DNA of 64,000 nucleotides from Tubulanus polymorphus (lineage: Eukaryota; Animalia; Nemertea): NCBI RefSeq assembly GCF_964204645.1, contig NC_134029.1, positions 22,376,950-22,440,949 on the forward strand, written 5' to 3'. Made by a program: the position numbers and the translations under genes. Below, piece by piece: positions 1 through 13,801 of the stretch (position 1 is the stretch's first letter; each line of letters begins with the position of its first letter). The notes below the pieces were generated by a model, which did no database searches, was not told the origin of the DNA, and worked only from the letters and a program-made list of their open reading frames with translations.

Positions 1-3000
1 AATGATACCATTACCAAAACATTTTCGAACTCTCATCGAGTCCAGCAGGGATTGTATCATGTTTGTCTTGCCTGTGATTAGGTTTTCTAGGAGTGATGGC
101 TTTACGTACCCCTAAAAGATTCAGAAGTTTTGCTGTTTTGTCCCCACCAAATTAGGGCCTATGAAATTTCATGATTAATGATACATGCCTTTTTACCTCT
201 AAAAAATATTTGGCCCCAGACACAACCCATACCGACCAAACAACTTTGTGCCTCTGGTAATTTTTGTCTCCTTATGGCTTAAAAAGTTTTTATTTAGGGT
301 CAATAGTATTGTACCAAACCGATACAGGTATTCCTGTGCAGCTACTGCGGGTAATAAGAAAGATATTTCTTAGTCCTTTGATGGCTAATAACGTGCACTG
401 TTACACGTACTGTGTCAGACATGATTTGCAGCACAATATCCGTTGATTTATTGGCGATCATTAACTTTATTAGTTCTGTCTGTCTCCGAAAACACAATAG
501 GTATCCAGGGTTTTACCTGGCGTAGATATTGCTGTTGTGTCTGATCTATAAAACAGCAGTTGTCTCACAGTGTCTAGGATATTTTCTAGAAGATCGAATA
601 GTTTCTTCATGAACTCTAAAACGGATTTCTAACTTCGGTTTTTGGGTTCGATTTTTGTTTGAATATGTCATTTGAAGAGAGTTTATCTGTAGGTGAATGT
701 CACAATTGACAGCCATCCGACAGACAACAATACGACAGTCAAACAATATATGAAACCTCTCTATTAAATACATTTTGGTATAGAATATGAAATAAAAGGT
801 GATAAGAATTTTCATAATTTTTCGCGACATAGTTATGTATTTTGTATATGAACACGTTGAACAGAAAGTTCTGTATGCCACTTATCCTTAGCCCGATTAG
901 AAATTTGCTCCTTAATATTCAGTACCCAGTCTTATCTCTTGGAAGAAAGAACTATGTAGTTTCTTTTGCCGGTTTTGATTGGATTCTCTCTTCTTTTTGC
1001 GTTCATTTTGACCGGAATATGCTCTACTTATTGCGGAGTAGCATAATCTGTAAACCTGATTGAAGCGGCCGGTAGAGAATTTGTAATCCAGAATTGCTAT
1101 TTCTAAAACAGAGTGAGTTCAAACGAAACCTGGATAGATATAATGAAGTCATACGTCGAAGCAGCTTTGAATGTGAAAGTCGAATCTACCTTTAAAATCA
1201 TCGCTGACTGATCCGGACCCGGGGGAAAACAAAAATTGGCTTAGTCATCTGTGTCTCATGAATGTTTGATGATTAGCGGAATGTAACTTTTGAGATCTCT
1301 GCGCAACAAGGCAGAATATCAGTCGATTGCAGAAAAACCAACAATAAAGAGGGTAAGCATCGTCGATTTCGTTCGTCTTTGAAGTAAAAATCAACCGGCA
1401 ACCGTAGAAGAAAGATTAGTGGGATTTGTTGATTTTAACAACGGCGGAAAAATGTTAGCCGGTATTAAACAGGGATGGTGTATTATTATTGATGGGCTAA
1501 AGAAGCATCAAAAGACGTCGAGGATTATCAACCGAGTATCAACTATCAATCATTCATCATCAACTGGACCTGAAATGATGAAGTATTCTTATCTTCGAGT
1601 AAATCATTTTTTCGATTGATCGCATTTCTTTGCGGGTCAGTTCATGTATCGTTGTTGCCAATCATGGAATTAATTCTGCCTCGTCGCGAGGGAAATGCTC
1701 CTTCAGTAACGCGTCTAGAAACTTGCTCATCTTTTATTTAAACTTTTCTAATCGTATTTGGTCTGATTTAGATTAACCAAGTCGGCTAAGAATTTATGTT
1801 ATGAATTTTGATTTCATGTTCATGGTGATACAGAGAAACCGTATGGTTATCTCTTGAATATTGCGTAATAAGTACTGGAACCTATGAATTCAATGAATTG
1901 ACTAATTTGATGTAACAAGCCTAGAATGTCATCCGAAATGAGCACATTTTAGATAATTTTACCTGGATGCAATGCATTATTGATTATGATGAACAGATTT
2001 GCCAGGGGTGCGTTGAGGTTTGTTGTTAACAAGTTACCGCTATAGTACTATTTCGAGTAAAAGATTATTTCTTTATTTCGATAGCAAGAACCAGGTTTAT
2101 TCATCAACATCATTTTGCAGTGAGATACAAGCGACGATCATACAAGTATTTTTGGCTGGGGCGAAATTTGGAGCATTTTGAGCGATTATGATTATGGGCA
2201 GTGAGTGATTTTTCATGTGTGAACGCACTCTCTATATTTCACTAGGGTTTTAGGCTGAATTGCCTCTGTGAGATTGCAGATACATGTTAGTCCGGTATAC
2301 ATTAATACGGCTGCAGTGAGAATATTTTGCTAATTCGCTCTCGTGCTGTAGCCGGTAGTTCTTAGTATAAAAAGTGTTCATTGCTTGACGAGGCGTTATT
2401 AATTGTGTAAATTGAGCTGGTGAATCAATACTGATGTCTAAGCCAGATATATTAGATGTTAAACGTTCATCGATGTAGTAATATAATATTGATCGATTGC
2501 ATGATTGATAATAGATTCTCTAGAAGAGAAAGGCCGAAAATGTAATCAGCGCGCGGAAAGTTATTCCCCCTTATTAATAATTCTTCCTAGTTAGAATACT
2601 AAGCTGAAGCTCTAGAAAACACTGGAGTGTATCATGCATGATTTCCCCCAACCCAGTTTTAAGTTGTTGAAAACTGACGGTTTAGTGTTCTCAATGAATT
2701 TGGTCAATGTTTCAAAACTTTTTGGTCTCTTCATTGAGCTGTTGACATTCACGTCGATATTGCGTAAGACATTGCGAATTTCTACCTACAATTCATGAGA
2801 AAACCGGACAATATCTAAAACAAATTTTTGAAACGGTGTTAAATTTTCTTGATTTTTTCTGGGCAAAACCCTGACCTTGATGCTAATGTTCTGGGATAAG
2901 ATATGACTCCAGAATCACATAAAAATTTTGGAATGAACAAACAACTCAGGAGTCCACAAAAACTGTTGTTGGAACAGTTGTATTCTGATCTGGCTGCCTT

Positions 3001-3751
3001 CCCAAATTTGCTCAACCACTCAAACCACGATCAATTTTATCTTTTCATTTGCTTTGTCGAAATATCTGTCTTTTTTGAATGAAATCAAACTTTTGCTCGT
3101 TCGTTTTTGCTAATCATTCACCGATGCTGTTAGTTAAAATAAATTGATCGGATCTCGAGTGAAATTGATGATAGTTTTCCGTCTTAACGAAGTTTAGTTT
3201 TGAAATAATTGAAAGCGATCGTGTGTTGAGGCGGCGGCAGCAGCAGCGTGCACCTGACATGGCGGGACACGTTCCAAATCATCATCAAACGAGAGACTAA
3301 AACCGCATCGGCTGATCGATCAAACGGTTTTTTCCGGTCATCGGTCGTCGCGTCGGATTTATTCGTCGGATAGGGATGTAAAAAAAGAGCAGGGCTTCGC
3401 GTTCAGCGATGGCGATGTCATCACGGTGTATACACAGACGCAGTCGTCTCGGCGGTAAAAATAGCCTACGTGATTAGCGTGAATTACAATCAGCGAGCGC
3501 GCCCGGAGAGTTCACGAGCGCTGGGAAAAATTAGATGAGCGATGATGTCTCTTATGTTTCCTTAAAAGGCAGCCGTTCTCGTAGAACGATGTCGTCTTTC
3601 GGCGGTTTTATTTTCGATGACAAGAACGAAGCAGGTGCAATGAAAATAATGCAGGGAATAAAAAAACTATTTGATTTAGCGCGAAATTGACGATAGAAGG
3701 AAATCTGAAAGATAGAAACTGACGCTTGTTAAAAAGGTTTAAGGTCTCGTC

Positions 3752-4098
3752 AGTCGCGATTACACGGAGATGATTTGGCGGAGAGTCAAACTGGCCCGGC
3801 TCGGACCTGAGTTCAATTTGGCCCGTGTCTAGTAAGAAAACGTGTTCACGTTTGAAATACTCCCTTGTTACTAAAATGGTATCCAAACGCTGCTGTGGCA
3901 AGTGAAGTGCGTCACTTGCAGAACCAGTAAGCATTCACTTGCAATAATTTGACCCATTCTAAAATTTGGCTCGGGCCTGGTCAGGTTTTGGCCAAACAGG
4001 AACAGACTCAGTTGACGTGGAATGTGAATGGGTGGCCTGGCCTAATCTGGCACTAACCAAATTTGGCCCAGGTCAAAAACGCTTGTGTGATCATTGCT
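3752..4098 (+). mobile_element. MITE family A (PIF/Harbinger-like non-autonomous DNA transposon)
   Basis: Degenerate TIRs AGTCGCGATTACAC...GTGTGATCATTGCT. Internal blocks (ttggcccgtg, gcaagtgaagtg..tcactt..agaaccagt, aataatttgaccc) are shared with copies at 48163 and 53285. Confidence 0.8.
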
Positions 4099-5380
4099 TT
4101 TGTGTGGAATTAAATCTACGTAACGAAATTGGAAACGGAACGTGAGTTAGAAAAATGAATCTCTTCAACTGAAAGTGAGCGATTTCCAGTTTGTCGCCGG
4201 AGCAATCCATCACGCCCGTCTGGGGTAAGGTTAACCCGGAAAACATCATGAAAATAGTCGATGGAAAAATCAGATGTTCGCAATAATGGCATCATTCACA
4301 TCAGCAACTTGGAAGATGGAGATAAACGAGCGCGGGTTTCACGTTGACGCTGTATCTTTTCCCGGCCTCTATTTCCCCGTTGGCACCTATTTTCAATTTG
4401 GAAAATGAAGCTTTATCTCAGATGACTACGAGTCGTAAATCAACTTTATGATTTTTGTCGGCTAATCTTCTCCCATTGTGGGTTTACATAGAAATATGAC
4501 TGTGTCGGAAAAAATCCACTGTAATCCTTTAGAGGCAAATTGTTTTCAAAATTTGAATTTGAAATCAAATCTCCGAATAAGGATTTATTTCGATGTGAAT
4601 TTGAATTTTTTCTTGTAAATTCCATATATGGAAAAGTGCGGATTTTCTTCAGCTTAGGAATCTTTTTAGATATGATTCCTGACAAAAACCTAAACTCGAA
4701 TTGCGCTTTGAGTTTGGTTTACTTTCATGTTACATCATGTTTCATCTTTATTACTGGAATCTTCATAAATGAAAGAGATCACGCTTCTTGGTATTCTGCA
4801 GCTTGGGAATCTATTCTAAATACTATTTCTGATACAAAATCACACTTAGGTGCCATTTAGTTAATATCAACATTAGACGCCCGACAACGACGCCCGAGGC
4901 TAATGAAATAAAGCTCTTGTATCCTGAATAAACAGGAGGCTGAAAATCAATCGACGGCCTAAAAATAATCATCCGTTCTACGGAGAGGAGTGTTTCGGGT
5001 AAATCTGGAATGAAAAACGATTTTTTCCGGATGACACAACAAGTCAATTTATCGGCGATCAGCGCGTCGGTAGCATCAACGACGGTTGCTACTGGTGACA
5101 TTGAGAAAAACATGGAAAAGGTGTATAAAGTTTAAATGATGATTTGTATGCAGACGACGAGGTTACCGTTAAGTGAATTAAAATACAGTTCGTGTCGGGA
5201 TAAAACTTACAATGTCTTCCAAATGTTGATTTATGGCTTCTCCTTCTATTGACCTCATAACAGATTCTAGACGTTGAAATATCATCGGAAAGCAAAAATA
5301 TATCTTTCGAACTTCATAGTGTTTACATGAATCATAGTCATTTATGTTAGTCAGTTCAAGTGAATATCGGAATTCTGTTT

Positions 5381-5752
5381 ATTAGGGTTATCTGCACGTT
5401 TGTTCGACAGAAAACCCTTATTGTTATTCTTGTGATTTTGTATTTCTTATTTTTTTTCATGAAACTCAAATTTGACAACTAATCATTAAATACACGCTTT
5501 ATGAACGCTGTGAAAAATGAAGCGGAGTTATGCACTTTTTTAGAATTTTCTGAAGTTTTTCAAAATATTTTCCATCAAATATTTTGACTCTGATTCAATT
5601 GATTGTCTCGCCAGAGAAATCGATTCAACTTTTTGTCCCGCAATAGGACCTGATTCGATCCTCTGAGAGGACCCAATGCCAGGATTCCCTTCAGTTTGAC
5701 TGTGAAGGCTGTTGCTCGGCAGAAAACCCGTTATCGCTGCCTCCGCTATATC
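5381..5752 (+). mobile_element. HINE/DINE-1-like (Helentron-associated) non-autonomous element
   Basis: 5' subterminal GGGTTATCTGC with a nearby inverted partner (CAGAAAACCC at about 5408), a T-rich simple tract, then a 3' subterminal GCAGAAAACCC (5719-5729) and a short degenerate hairpin. This layout is typical of HINEs. Confidence 0.5.
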
Positions 5753-6134
5753 TGATGCGATGTAACTGTGTATAGAAATGTATACGTGTTTTAGCGCAAG
5801 GTTAAGAATTCAAATCGAATCACCGGTGTTGTGTTTCCCCCTTCGCGAGAGAATCTCCATGGCAATAAATCGACCTCGGGTATTTCATCATTCTTACTCT
5901 TAAAAACTACCTGATTGATCAAGAGCTTAAATAACTACTGATTACAGTCAGAAAACAACGTCAAAAACTGAGCACAAAAATTGATCAGCTTGTTCCATTC
6001 AATTACCCTGCAATAATAGCAGCAAATGTACTATTGATCGCAAAATTATTTGTTTTTTTTTCTATTGTGTCAGCGAATGCCACTTGTGATTTTGAAACGG
6101 CATTTGAAGAAAGTTACTGCATGTATTCTGAAAC

Positions 6135-6230
6135 CAGAAAAATATAAAGTCTGAATATGTTTCCTTGAGCTTTTTCTAGTAGTTTATTCGACGTTTGGAC
6201 TTTATCCTAATAGTCATCTTCAGAAATACC
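6135..6230 (-). mobile_element. Single arm of hammerhead-bearing foldback family C (Penelope-like remnant)
   Basis: atgtttccttgagc...gtttattcgacgtttggactttatcctaatagtcatcttcag matches the arms at 24813, 57402 and 60620. The minus strand reads CUGAAGA-U-GACUAU..AAAGUC-CAAAC-GUC, so G12 is mutated. Confidence 0.75.
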
Positions 6231-6769
6231 GAGGTATGCAGATGATGTTTTTATTAAGGTCGTATCTGAACTGGATATTTTATGGGGTATAGTCCTATCT
6301 GAACTGAAGACGTCGTTTGGATTCGGATTACATCGTCAGTTCACTGGTGCTACCCGGTAGCGTCAGTCATGTTTTACGAGCGCTCATTAAAATTTCTTGT
6401 CGTCGTCACCTTGAAAAAACATAAATAATGTAATCAAACATCGTTACGTCACAGGAAATCCTGTTTCTCTCGTTGAAGATTTATGAAATTTTAACCACAC
6501 AAATATAGGAAGTAAAATGTGAAATATGGGAAATTATATTACAAGAAAATGATTGTGTTTGATGCGATAAATTTTGTTAATCGCGCTAGAATTGACAGTG
6601 AAATGTCTTTATCGATGATTTCAGTTGTAGTTGGAAAGACTTGTTTGCATAACTGATAAAATCAGGAACAACACTTATAGAGTCCAAGATGTGAAAAATA
6701 TGAAATGATTTGACTACCAGTTTTAAAAAGACCCATCAGGGGTATCGTCAATTACATTCTGTATTCACT

Positions 6770-6931
6770 AGCCACATTCATACTATCGCAAGTAAGTTCG
6801 TTCTCATTTGGCCTGTACCTGGGACGCACCAATTTAGAACTGACTTTTCATTGGTGTGAATGCTACGTCTATTCTAGATTGGAATAGACTAAATTTGTAA
6901 CTAGTCTAGATAACGTAGTGTGTACGCGGCT
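6770..6931 (+). mobile_element. MITE family B (PIF/Harbinger-like), internally deleted
   Basis: TIRs AGCCACATTCATAC...GTGTGTACGCGGCT; internal ccaatttagaac motifs shared with 21462 and 62327. Confidence 0.75.
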
Positions 6932-8996
6932 AATGAAGCAACTAAATCGGAAATTGTTACGAGTAAATTAAGGGGTTTGTTATAAGAAGGCTGTACTGTA
7001 TATACATCATTGACGGAACCCCTTTTGGAACGCGGCAATGGCGTCATTTACTACAATCTTCCGAGACGACGACAACGGCTAGACGAAAATGAAAATGTGT
7101 ACGGAATTTATGACGGCTTTTTATTGCCGGTTATCAGACATTTCTCATGGGTATTCACCCCTAGAATTACGCCACATTAACGTCCATTGACGCAACAACT
7201 TCGGCTTCTCGATCATTACCAACAATGAATAGCGTATAGTCAAACTGTTTATTACGAGCTGCAGCTAGTTCCATACTTGATATATATTCAACTCCTTCTT
7301 ATCATTTGTGACAATTAGGACCATATTTGCTCGATCTTGAGAATATTCTTACATATTTCATCAGTTTTCATCATAATATTCCACTAGCAGTATCTAACAG
7401 ACTAATTGGCTTAAGTTCGGTATGTTCAACATGTTCAAATGGCCTTGGGTGCGCAGCATGAAACCTGAAACTGACTTTCAGTCATTGCCAGTCATTTTAT
7501 GACGTTTCGTCACTGTGACCAGCAACGGAAACGAGTGTTTCACGTTTCACATTCGGAAAAGCGTTTACATTTCATATTTCAATTTCAGGAAATGCATCGT
7601 TAGTAAATACGAGTTTGAAAAAGTGATGATATGATTCAACGTGTATACGTCGGGCGTTATAGGAAAACACTTGTGTTATTGTGTAGACCCGGGTTGTATT
7701 ATCGTCTATCTCATATCGGGCTATTAGCGAATGAATGAATGAGTGTAAACTGAATTTTTCGTCGATGATGTTTTAATGGGTTTTTTTTTTACGTCATTTA
7801 TTGACGGTATCAGATTTCTGATGGTTATGATTTCAAGCGCGTATACATTTACACTAGTCTATACAGCCGGTTGATTCTCATACGCAACCTTGTCTGATTA
7901 TCAGGTCTTCTAGTTCAGCGGTTTCTACATTTTCACCTTCGTTCTTGTGTCTTGTTTTAATTATTTTAAGTAGACATTTTTTTCCGTACGTGGAACTCAT
8001 TTGGCAATTGGGAGAGACTCTTCGGGAGGTGGACGCTCCCAAATTTTCGGGGGTTTGTAATGGATATCGAATCAAAATAAATCGAACGAAATCCTCCAAT
8101 CAAATGAATAACAGGGTCAGTCCCTATTTTAAGATCGAAGGACCTATTTGAGTATGAAAATAAAACAATTAAGCGGTTTCAATAGATACTAATGAATAAT
8201 TCTAGTCAAATTGACTCATTGTTACGAGTCGTTTTCATTCTTCAATTTGCGGAGAAATGTTAACTTCTCCCGGTCATCGCTGTTACTATGGAAACTGGGC
8301 CTTTCTTTCGACTTGTTGCTTACTACTTTTATCGCCATCGCTCTCTACTCCGCCGCAGAGTGTAGTATGCTAAAAGTGCGTTATCAAAGTCTGGCGGTGA
8401 AAAAAAAAATTAGCGCGTTACGCAATCAGAGCGCGAGAGGTTGAAAGGCCCCAATTACAGTTGATTGCAGCGTTGTCATAAATGGCTCGTCGGAGAGAAA
8501 CGGGCGAGAAATTTGCACTCGTACGATGTGTCAAAATAACCTGATTTGCGAACACGGAAATCTCTCCGAAATGTCACGGAACTGTCTTCGTATCAGATGG
8601 CGATGTCTTTCGTTCGTATTAAAGATTTATACGAGAACCGTCCTCGCCGATGTCCGTACAGACAGTTTCGCCAAAAAAAAAAAACGACGTTCACTTCGCT
8701 TTGGTATTCTAATGAATAATGCTATTTGATGTAATGTCATTTCTGGGTTTTATTTCATTAAAGAAGAACTGGTTCAGTAAAGTCGTCGCCGGCTGTATTT
8801 CAATTAGATAGCGATTTCGCTCATTTTTCAATTCCGTGCTCGAAATCAATTCGATGCGGTGGCTTTGGGAATTTTCTGTCACATTTGTCGGATAAATCTG
8901 TGCCGCTTGGGTTTCTTCATTTGAAATCGATCGCGATGTTGAAATCGTTCTCGAGGTCGGCTGCGGCATCTTCAAATCTCTCACGCTTCGCTAGAC

Positions 8997-8999
<3 letters not shown>

Positions 9000-9067
<68 letters not shown>
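9000..9067. repeat. (TA)n microsatellite, about 34 units
   Basis: Uninterrupted TA run read directly. Confidence 0.98.
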
Positions 9068-9072
<5 letters not shown>

Positions 9073-9849
9073 GCAAGTGGTATTATTGATGTGTTTTGAT
9101 TTTCAATTTAGAATCCATTTGCGTTAGAAAATTGTTATTTATAGCTCAGTGGTATATTCTGCATGATGAATAAAGTAGGAAAGTTGAACAAGTCAACCAG
9201 TTCGAAATTGCAACTTTTTCATCAAAATATCAGATTTGTTCTGCTTTAAATTTGTTTAGTTTTTAACTGTTTTCATGCTAAATTTACCCGTAATTTTCAT
9301 TACATCTCTTTGTTCCGCACAATGTTCATCCCATACTTTGTTATAACACTAGTATGATGACTACAAGGATGTAGATGAAATGTCAAATAAATTAAAGCTC
9401 ATGGAAAAATTTCGGACTTCTTTCGTTGTGTGGTATTACAACACGGACTCAGCATTTCACCAATTGTTAATGAATATTTCTGATTACTTTTGAGTCTAAG
9501 ATCTGATGAATGCGGTAATTTTTTCTGATCGATGGAGCCTTAATTAGTCGCAGTACTCGATTGCAGACTGCTAGACAAACATCACCTTACAATGTACGAG
9601 AGAGTAAGTGTCTGTACCCGGTATATACGAGAAAAGCATAGATTTAATGTAAGTGAAAATCGATATTCGCGACGACGTTAGCCATTAATCGGATGTGTGA
9701 TGCAATTTCTACGATCAATCGTTGACCCACGTATCACCACTACTTCAGTTTATTGCGTGTCTTGATCTGATACTTTATAATCTGTATACAGTAATTATGA
9801 AACCAATGTTCATCGCGCTCTTGGTATTATTGATGTAATGATAGTCTCT

Positions 9850-9962
9850 ATCTCTGACTAGTGCATCTCTAGTCAGTATCACTGACTACTATATCACTAG
9901 TCAGTATCGCTAACTAGTACATCTCTTGTCAGTATCACTGACTACTATATCACTAACTATTA
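9850..9962. repeat. Degenerate short-period tandem repeat (agtatcactgact / tatcactagtc units)
   Basis: gtcagtatcactgactactatatcacta occurs twice about 56 bp apart, with about 14-bp sub-periodicity. Confidence 0.7.
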
Positions 9963-11869
9963 CGTCACTTTTAGATAATATCACACAATTCTTCACTCTA
10001 TGCTGTTTACTTTCTTCAACTAGTCTTTCAGCGCTCCAACTGAGAAAACTGATATCTTATCGGATTGTGGATAGCGAAGAGCGACTTTCTTTCGACACAA
10101 TAACATAATTCCCAAATCATCTCAACTATACACGGAATCAATACTTATACAAATAATGAATCACCATGATACATAATTCCGATATCAACGTGATAGTTTT
10201 TCTACTCGTCAATATTTTTGTATATCGGTTCATTTAGCATGTAACTATCCCTTGAGATGTCTCTTATTCGAGTAATCTGTTGTGCAATCTTTGCAATTTT
10301 CTGCTGCGGCTGTAAATGTTTGCCGGTCTGATAAATAATGTTGTTTGTTTGAAAATTTATCGCGGTCTTTGATCAAATTCGTTCGGTTCAAAGCGAGTTC
10401 ATGTTTGCCAGTGTCTGAGATGTATCCGTCGGTTGCATGGGTCAAATTATTGGAGTGTCTCATCTTCAACTGGACACAAAATCGTGTTTGTGGCAAGAAC
10501 TAGGAAAAAATGCAAATGGCGCCACTTCTTAGATTGATTATCTTTTACTGTCTTGTACGAATATGGTTTATCTGCATAATTGGATGTCCATTCATTTGAG
10601 GGATTTCTACAGCTAACCTAAGGGTCCAGTCAATCGCTCATTCGGCGTATCGAAAATGGTCGAGGATAAAATGATAGCATGAAATGGTGTTTACCATAAA
10701 AAAGAAAAACTGTACAAACTGCAGGCATTTGTTATGCAGTATTCAACAATCTGTTGATTGAGCCATGTAAATGTGATTGTCAATGTCATGTTCTCAAAAC
10801 TCCTCCGGTCACCTTTCTTTTTGTCGATAAATATGAGGTTTATTACGATGGCTGAGAAGTTGTTGATTGGTGAATGCGAGTTCAGGATGATCTCTATTGT
10901 TTGTCAGCGATAGCGTGCTGGTTTTTGTCATCGATGGTACCTCGGCTGATAAATAATAAATATCTAGTTGTCGTGTTAGAGAACGACGTACAAAGCGATG
11001 ATTACCGCTAGCCTAATACCGACCAACGAGAAGAAATCGAAGGCAGCTCGAAAATGCATTAGGTATCTCTACAATATGTGCAGTGGCTCTTACCGAGCTC
11101 CACATTGCCATCAGGGACATTGCTGCGCATATCTTATGATTCGTCTTGGGTAACCGCGATGTCTACTCTATGCTGGGAGGTCTGTGGCCGGAAAATGTGC
11201 TAATGATTGATGAAAATTGAGGGTCGGTTTAATTCCGCGTTTGATTTCCTCGGACGAACTATTAGCCGCCGTCCGTTAAATAGATCTGTCGGATTGAAAA
11301 CACCGAAAATCACTTAAAAACTGTTTGCTATATAAAATAGATCGCTACGAGTCGATGTTTAGTTTGTCGTGTACATGTTCTCGTGACGCTGTCGGGAAAA
11401 AATACGCGTGCGCAATTAGAACCAGGGACACGATGTCGCCGGGCTCTCGGGTTACCAGGGGTAACAAGAAAAAACATTCATCGGATGATGAGTTCAAGGA
11501 AAATTACAGAAATTCACTATCGATATTTCTGTGAATTCTCCTCGGTATGACGCATCCATTATTTCAAATGAAATTCTCCAACAAAAGTTTCATGAATATT
11601 TCATGATAGTTATTTTTTGATAGCGTTCTAGGTATCTTCTTAATCAATGACAAATCTGGTTGCTGTATACTTATATCAAGAAATGTCTATGATTAGACTT
11701 TTAACTTTTACAGGTATCCAAAGAACTTGTGCAGGTATCCAACAAAAATGACCCCCATTGAAAATACCTTCGCGCATTTATATGCCTTGAATATATCTCA
11801 TTCCTTTAACTTGTCACTAACTTTGTGTCCTGCATTCATATTATGTTGTTTAAAACATTCTGAATTTTT

Positions 11870-12166
11870 AGTAAATTCCAATTTAGTTGGGTCGAAGCAT
11901 TCACTTGAAAAGCCAGTAAATTAATCCGTTCCATTTTACATTTGACCAATTTATACTGACCAAAAAGACCAATCCAGGTCCATTCTCAATTTAAGAACGG
12001 GCCATTTCTCTGTGTGAATAGAAACTTTGCTTTGATATTGTCTGTCACATATTGAGTCTAGCTGGACCAGTGATAACAGTGTGCCACCAGCATTGATTTG
12101 GTCTGTTCTAAAATTGGTCCGTTCCAGGTACGGGCCAAATTAGAACGGACTAACTAGCAATAGTGC
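11870..12166 (-). mobile_element. MITE family B, decayed
   Basis: tctagctggaccagtgataacag, attgatttggtctgttctaaaattggtccgttccaggtacgggccaaattagaac; collinear with 62327-62614. Confidence 0.75.
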
Positions 12167-12289
12167 AGGTTTTTATCATCACATTCCGATGAATATGGAG
12201 AAAAAAAGAATGATCAATTCGATGACGTAATTCTGGAGCCAAACTCTATAAATCTAAAGAGAGACTGATCTGCATCAGTTTGACAGAGT

Positions 12290-12340
12290 CACCACGCATT
12301 CAATCACCACACATTCACCACGCATTCACCACGCATTCAC
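12290..12340. repeat. 11-bp tandem repeat (caccacgcatt), about 4 copies
   Basis: Read directly; one unit is interrupted. Confidence 0.75.
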
Positions 12341-12826
12341 GAAATATGTAGATGAGACTATAATGGTAAGGGCGCGCAGTAAAGTTAATTACAGATCTTG
12401 CTCTTCCCGTGTGTTGCGTGACCTGTTTATTGTGTGTGGGATTTGCGTATGAACTCGTAGAATACCGATAGATCGAATGATATTTAATTAACCAACGGTA
12501 TTATCGAGTTCGCAAAAATTGATTGCATCAGTTTCTGATATTCTACTCGCTGATAATGAAAACTGCTGATTGGAAGATTTTACGCTATTTTTGAAAAGAA
12601 TCTGAACCGTGTATGGTGTGTGTGTGCGCTACCAATAGTTTAAACTCAATCCCAGGTGAATGTTTGTGGTGTTATGTATCAAAATCTCATTAATGAAGTA
12701 TGAATCAGTATGAAATAAAATATCACGATATGTGTGTGTGTGGTTTTTGTGTATGGTAGTAATTTTCTGTGGGGAAAGTGGAAAAAATAAAACGACCCTG
12801 TATCAAATATTTCTATCTTACGCCAC

Positions 12827-12915
12827 AGCCTTTTTTGCTAGTGTGAACAGTGGTTCCATTCTATATTGAAACGGACTCAATTTGAAAAGTTTTGAATTAT
12901 TATGTGAATGTGGCT
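12827..12915 (+). mobile_element. MITE family B, 3' fragment
   Basis: Ends in the TIR ATGTGAATGTGGCT; internal ttctatattgaaacggact resembles the 3' part of 21462-21807. Confidence 0.6.
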
Positions 12916-13092
12916 TATTACGACAATGTAGAAATCCCAGTAAAAATGTAATTCATCATAAATTGCAGTATTTGGACTATAAACTATGTCTAGAATAGAT
13001 GGATCTAGAATTAGTAGTTTCTGATGTGAGACGATATATGATGATATATGTATATATATTAATGATTTGTATATTTTTTTCTATTTCTGTAG

Positions 13093-13133
13093 GTTTACTC
13101 AGTCATGTGGTAGATACAATCTCTATACATCAG
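13093..13133 (+). other. Candidate 41-nt exon (probably 5' UTR)
   Basis: Acceptor tttttttctatttctgtag| and donor CAG|gtatgt. No transcript evidence. Confidence 0.45.
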
Positions 13134-13370
13134 GTATGTTAATATCTAATCGAAATCTGGGTGAATGTTTTATGTGTGAACTGGTGACTGACGTTGGAGT
13201 CGTGTTTGTAATTAGTAATTACCTCGTTGAGACTGGTTTTAATTAATGATTAATGAATCCGTAGTAAAATTAGAGCCTGAAGTAGTATTGGAAATTGTAT
13301 CGATGCATTACTACCACCCAACACCCAAACCTCCCCCTCCCCCGGAAATAAATACGCAGAACTACTGATT

Positions 13371-13507
13371 CTCAGTTAGTTGGGGCATTCTACGCATGTT
13401 TGAAGGTGCTAAATTTAAGTAAATTTAAATGAGCTTCGAGAAATTTGGAATTTGTAACTTAAGTCCAGCTTTTGTGAATTGGTGGCTGGAATCCCCTACC
13501 AACTGAG
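13371..13507. mobile_element. Short inverted-repeat element (MITE-like)
   Basis: ctcagttagttggggcattc is inverted relative to gaatcccctaccaactgag. Confidence 0.5.
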
Positions 13508-13536
13508 CCATCAATGCCAGTTAACCTAAAGCTAAC

Positions 13537-13729
13537 CTTCATAGTCAAGACATAAGTCCAAAAGTGGTCTTAGATATTAAGATTGTTCTTAAAGTTGGGT
13601 CCAATTAGAACCAATTGCTACAAAAGGTTTTTTGATTGATATCATACCTGCTAAGCTGCTAGATAGGTAATAGAACTAAGATGGTCTAAGACTGATCTTA
13701 AGTCTAAGCCATTGCTGTGGAACCAGCCC
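13537..13729 (+). mobile_element. MITE family E (CWG target), decayed
   Basis: agactgatcttaagtctaagcc..gtggaaccagccc|ctg is homologous to 47327-47454. Confidence 0.65.
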
Positions 13730-13787
13730 CTGAACCCTAGACCCTAACCCTCTAGACTCTAAGCCTAAGCCTTACCCAATCCAATGC

Positions 13788-13801
13788 CCAGCAGATGGCG
13801 C
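13788..13801 (+). promoter_or_regulatory. CTCF-like binding motif
   Basis: CCAGCAGATGGCGC matches the consensus CCASYAGRKGGCRS exactly. Confidence 0.55.

Noticed and set aside
8885-9127. ORF with a YI repeat
   Set aside because: It is the translation of the (TA)n microsatellite.
13727-13782. Interstitial telomeric repeat
   Set aside because: Only one exact CCCTAA among degenerate units; too short and decayed, and it sits between repeat remnants.
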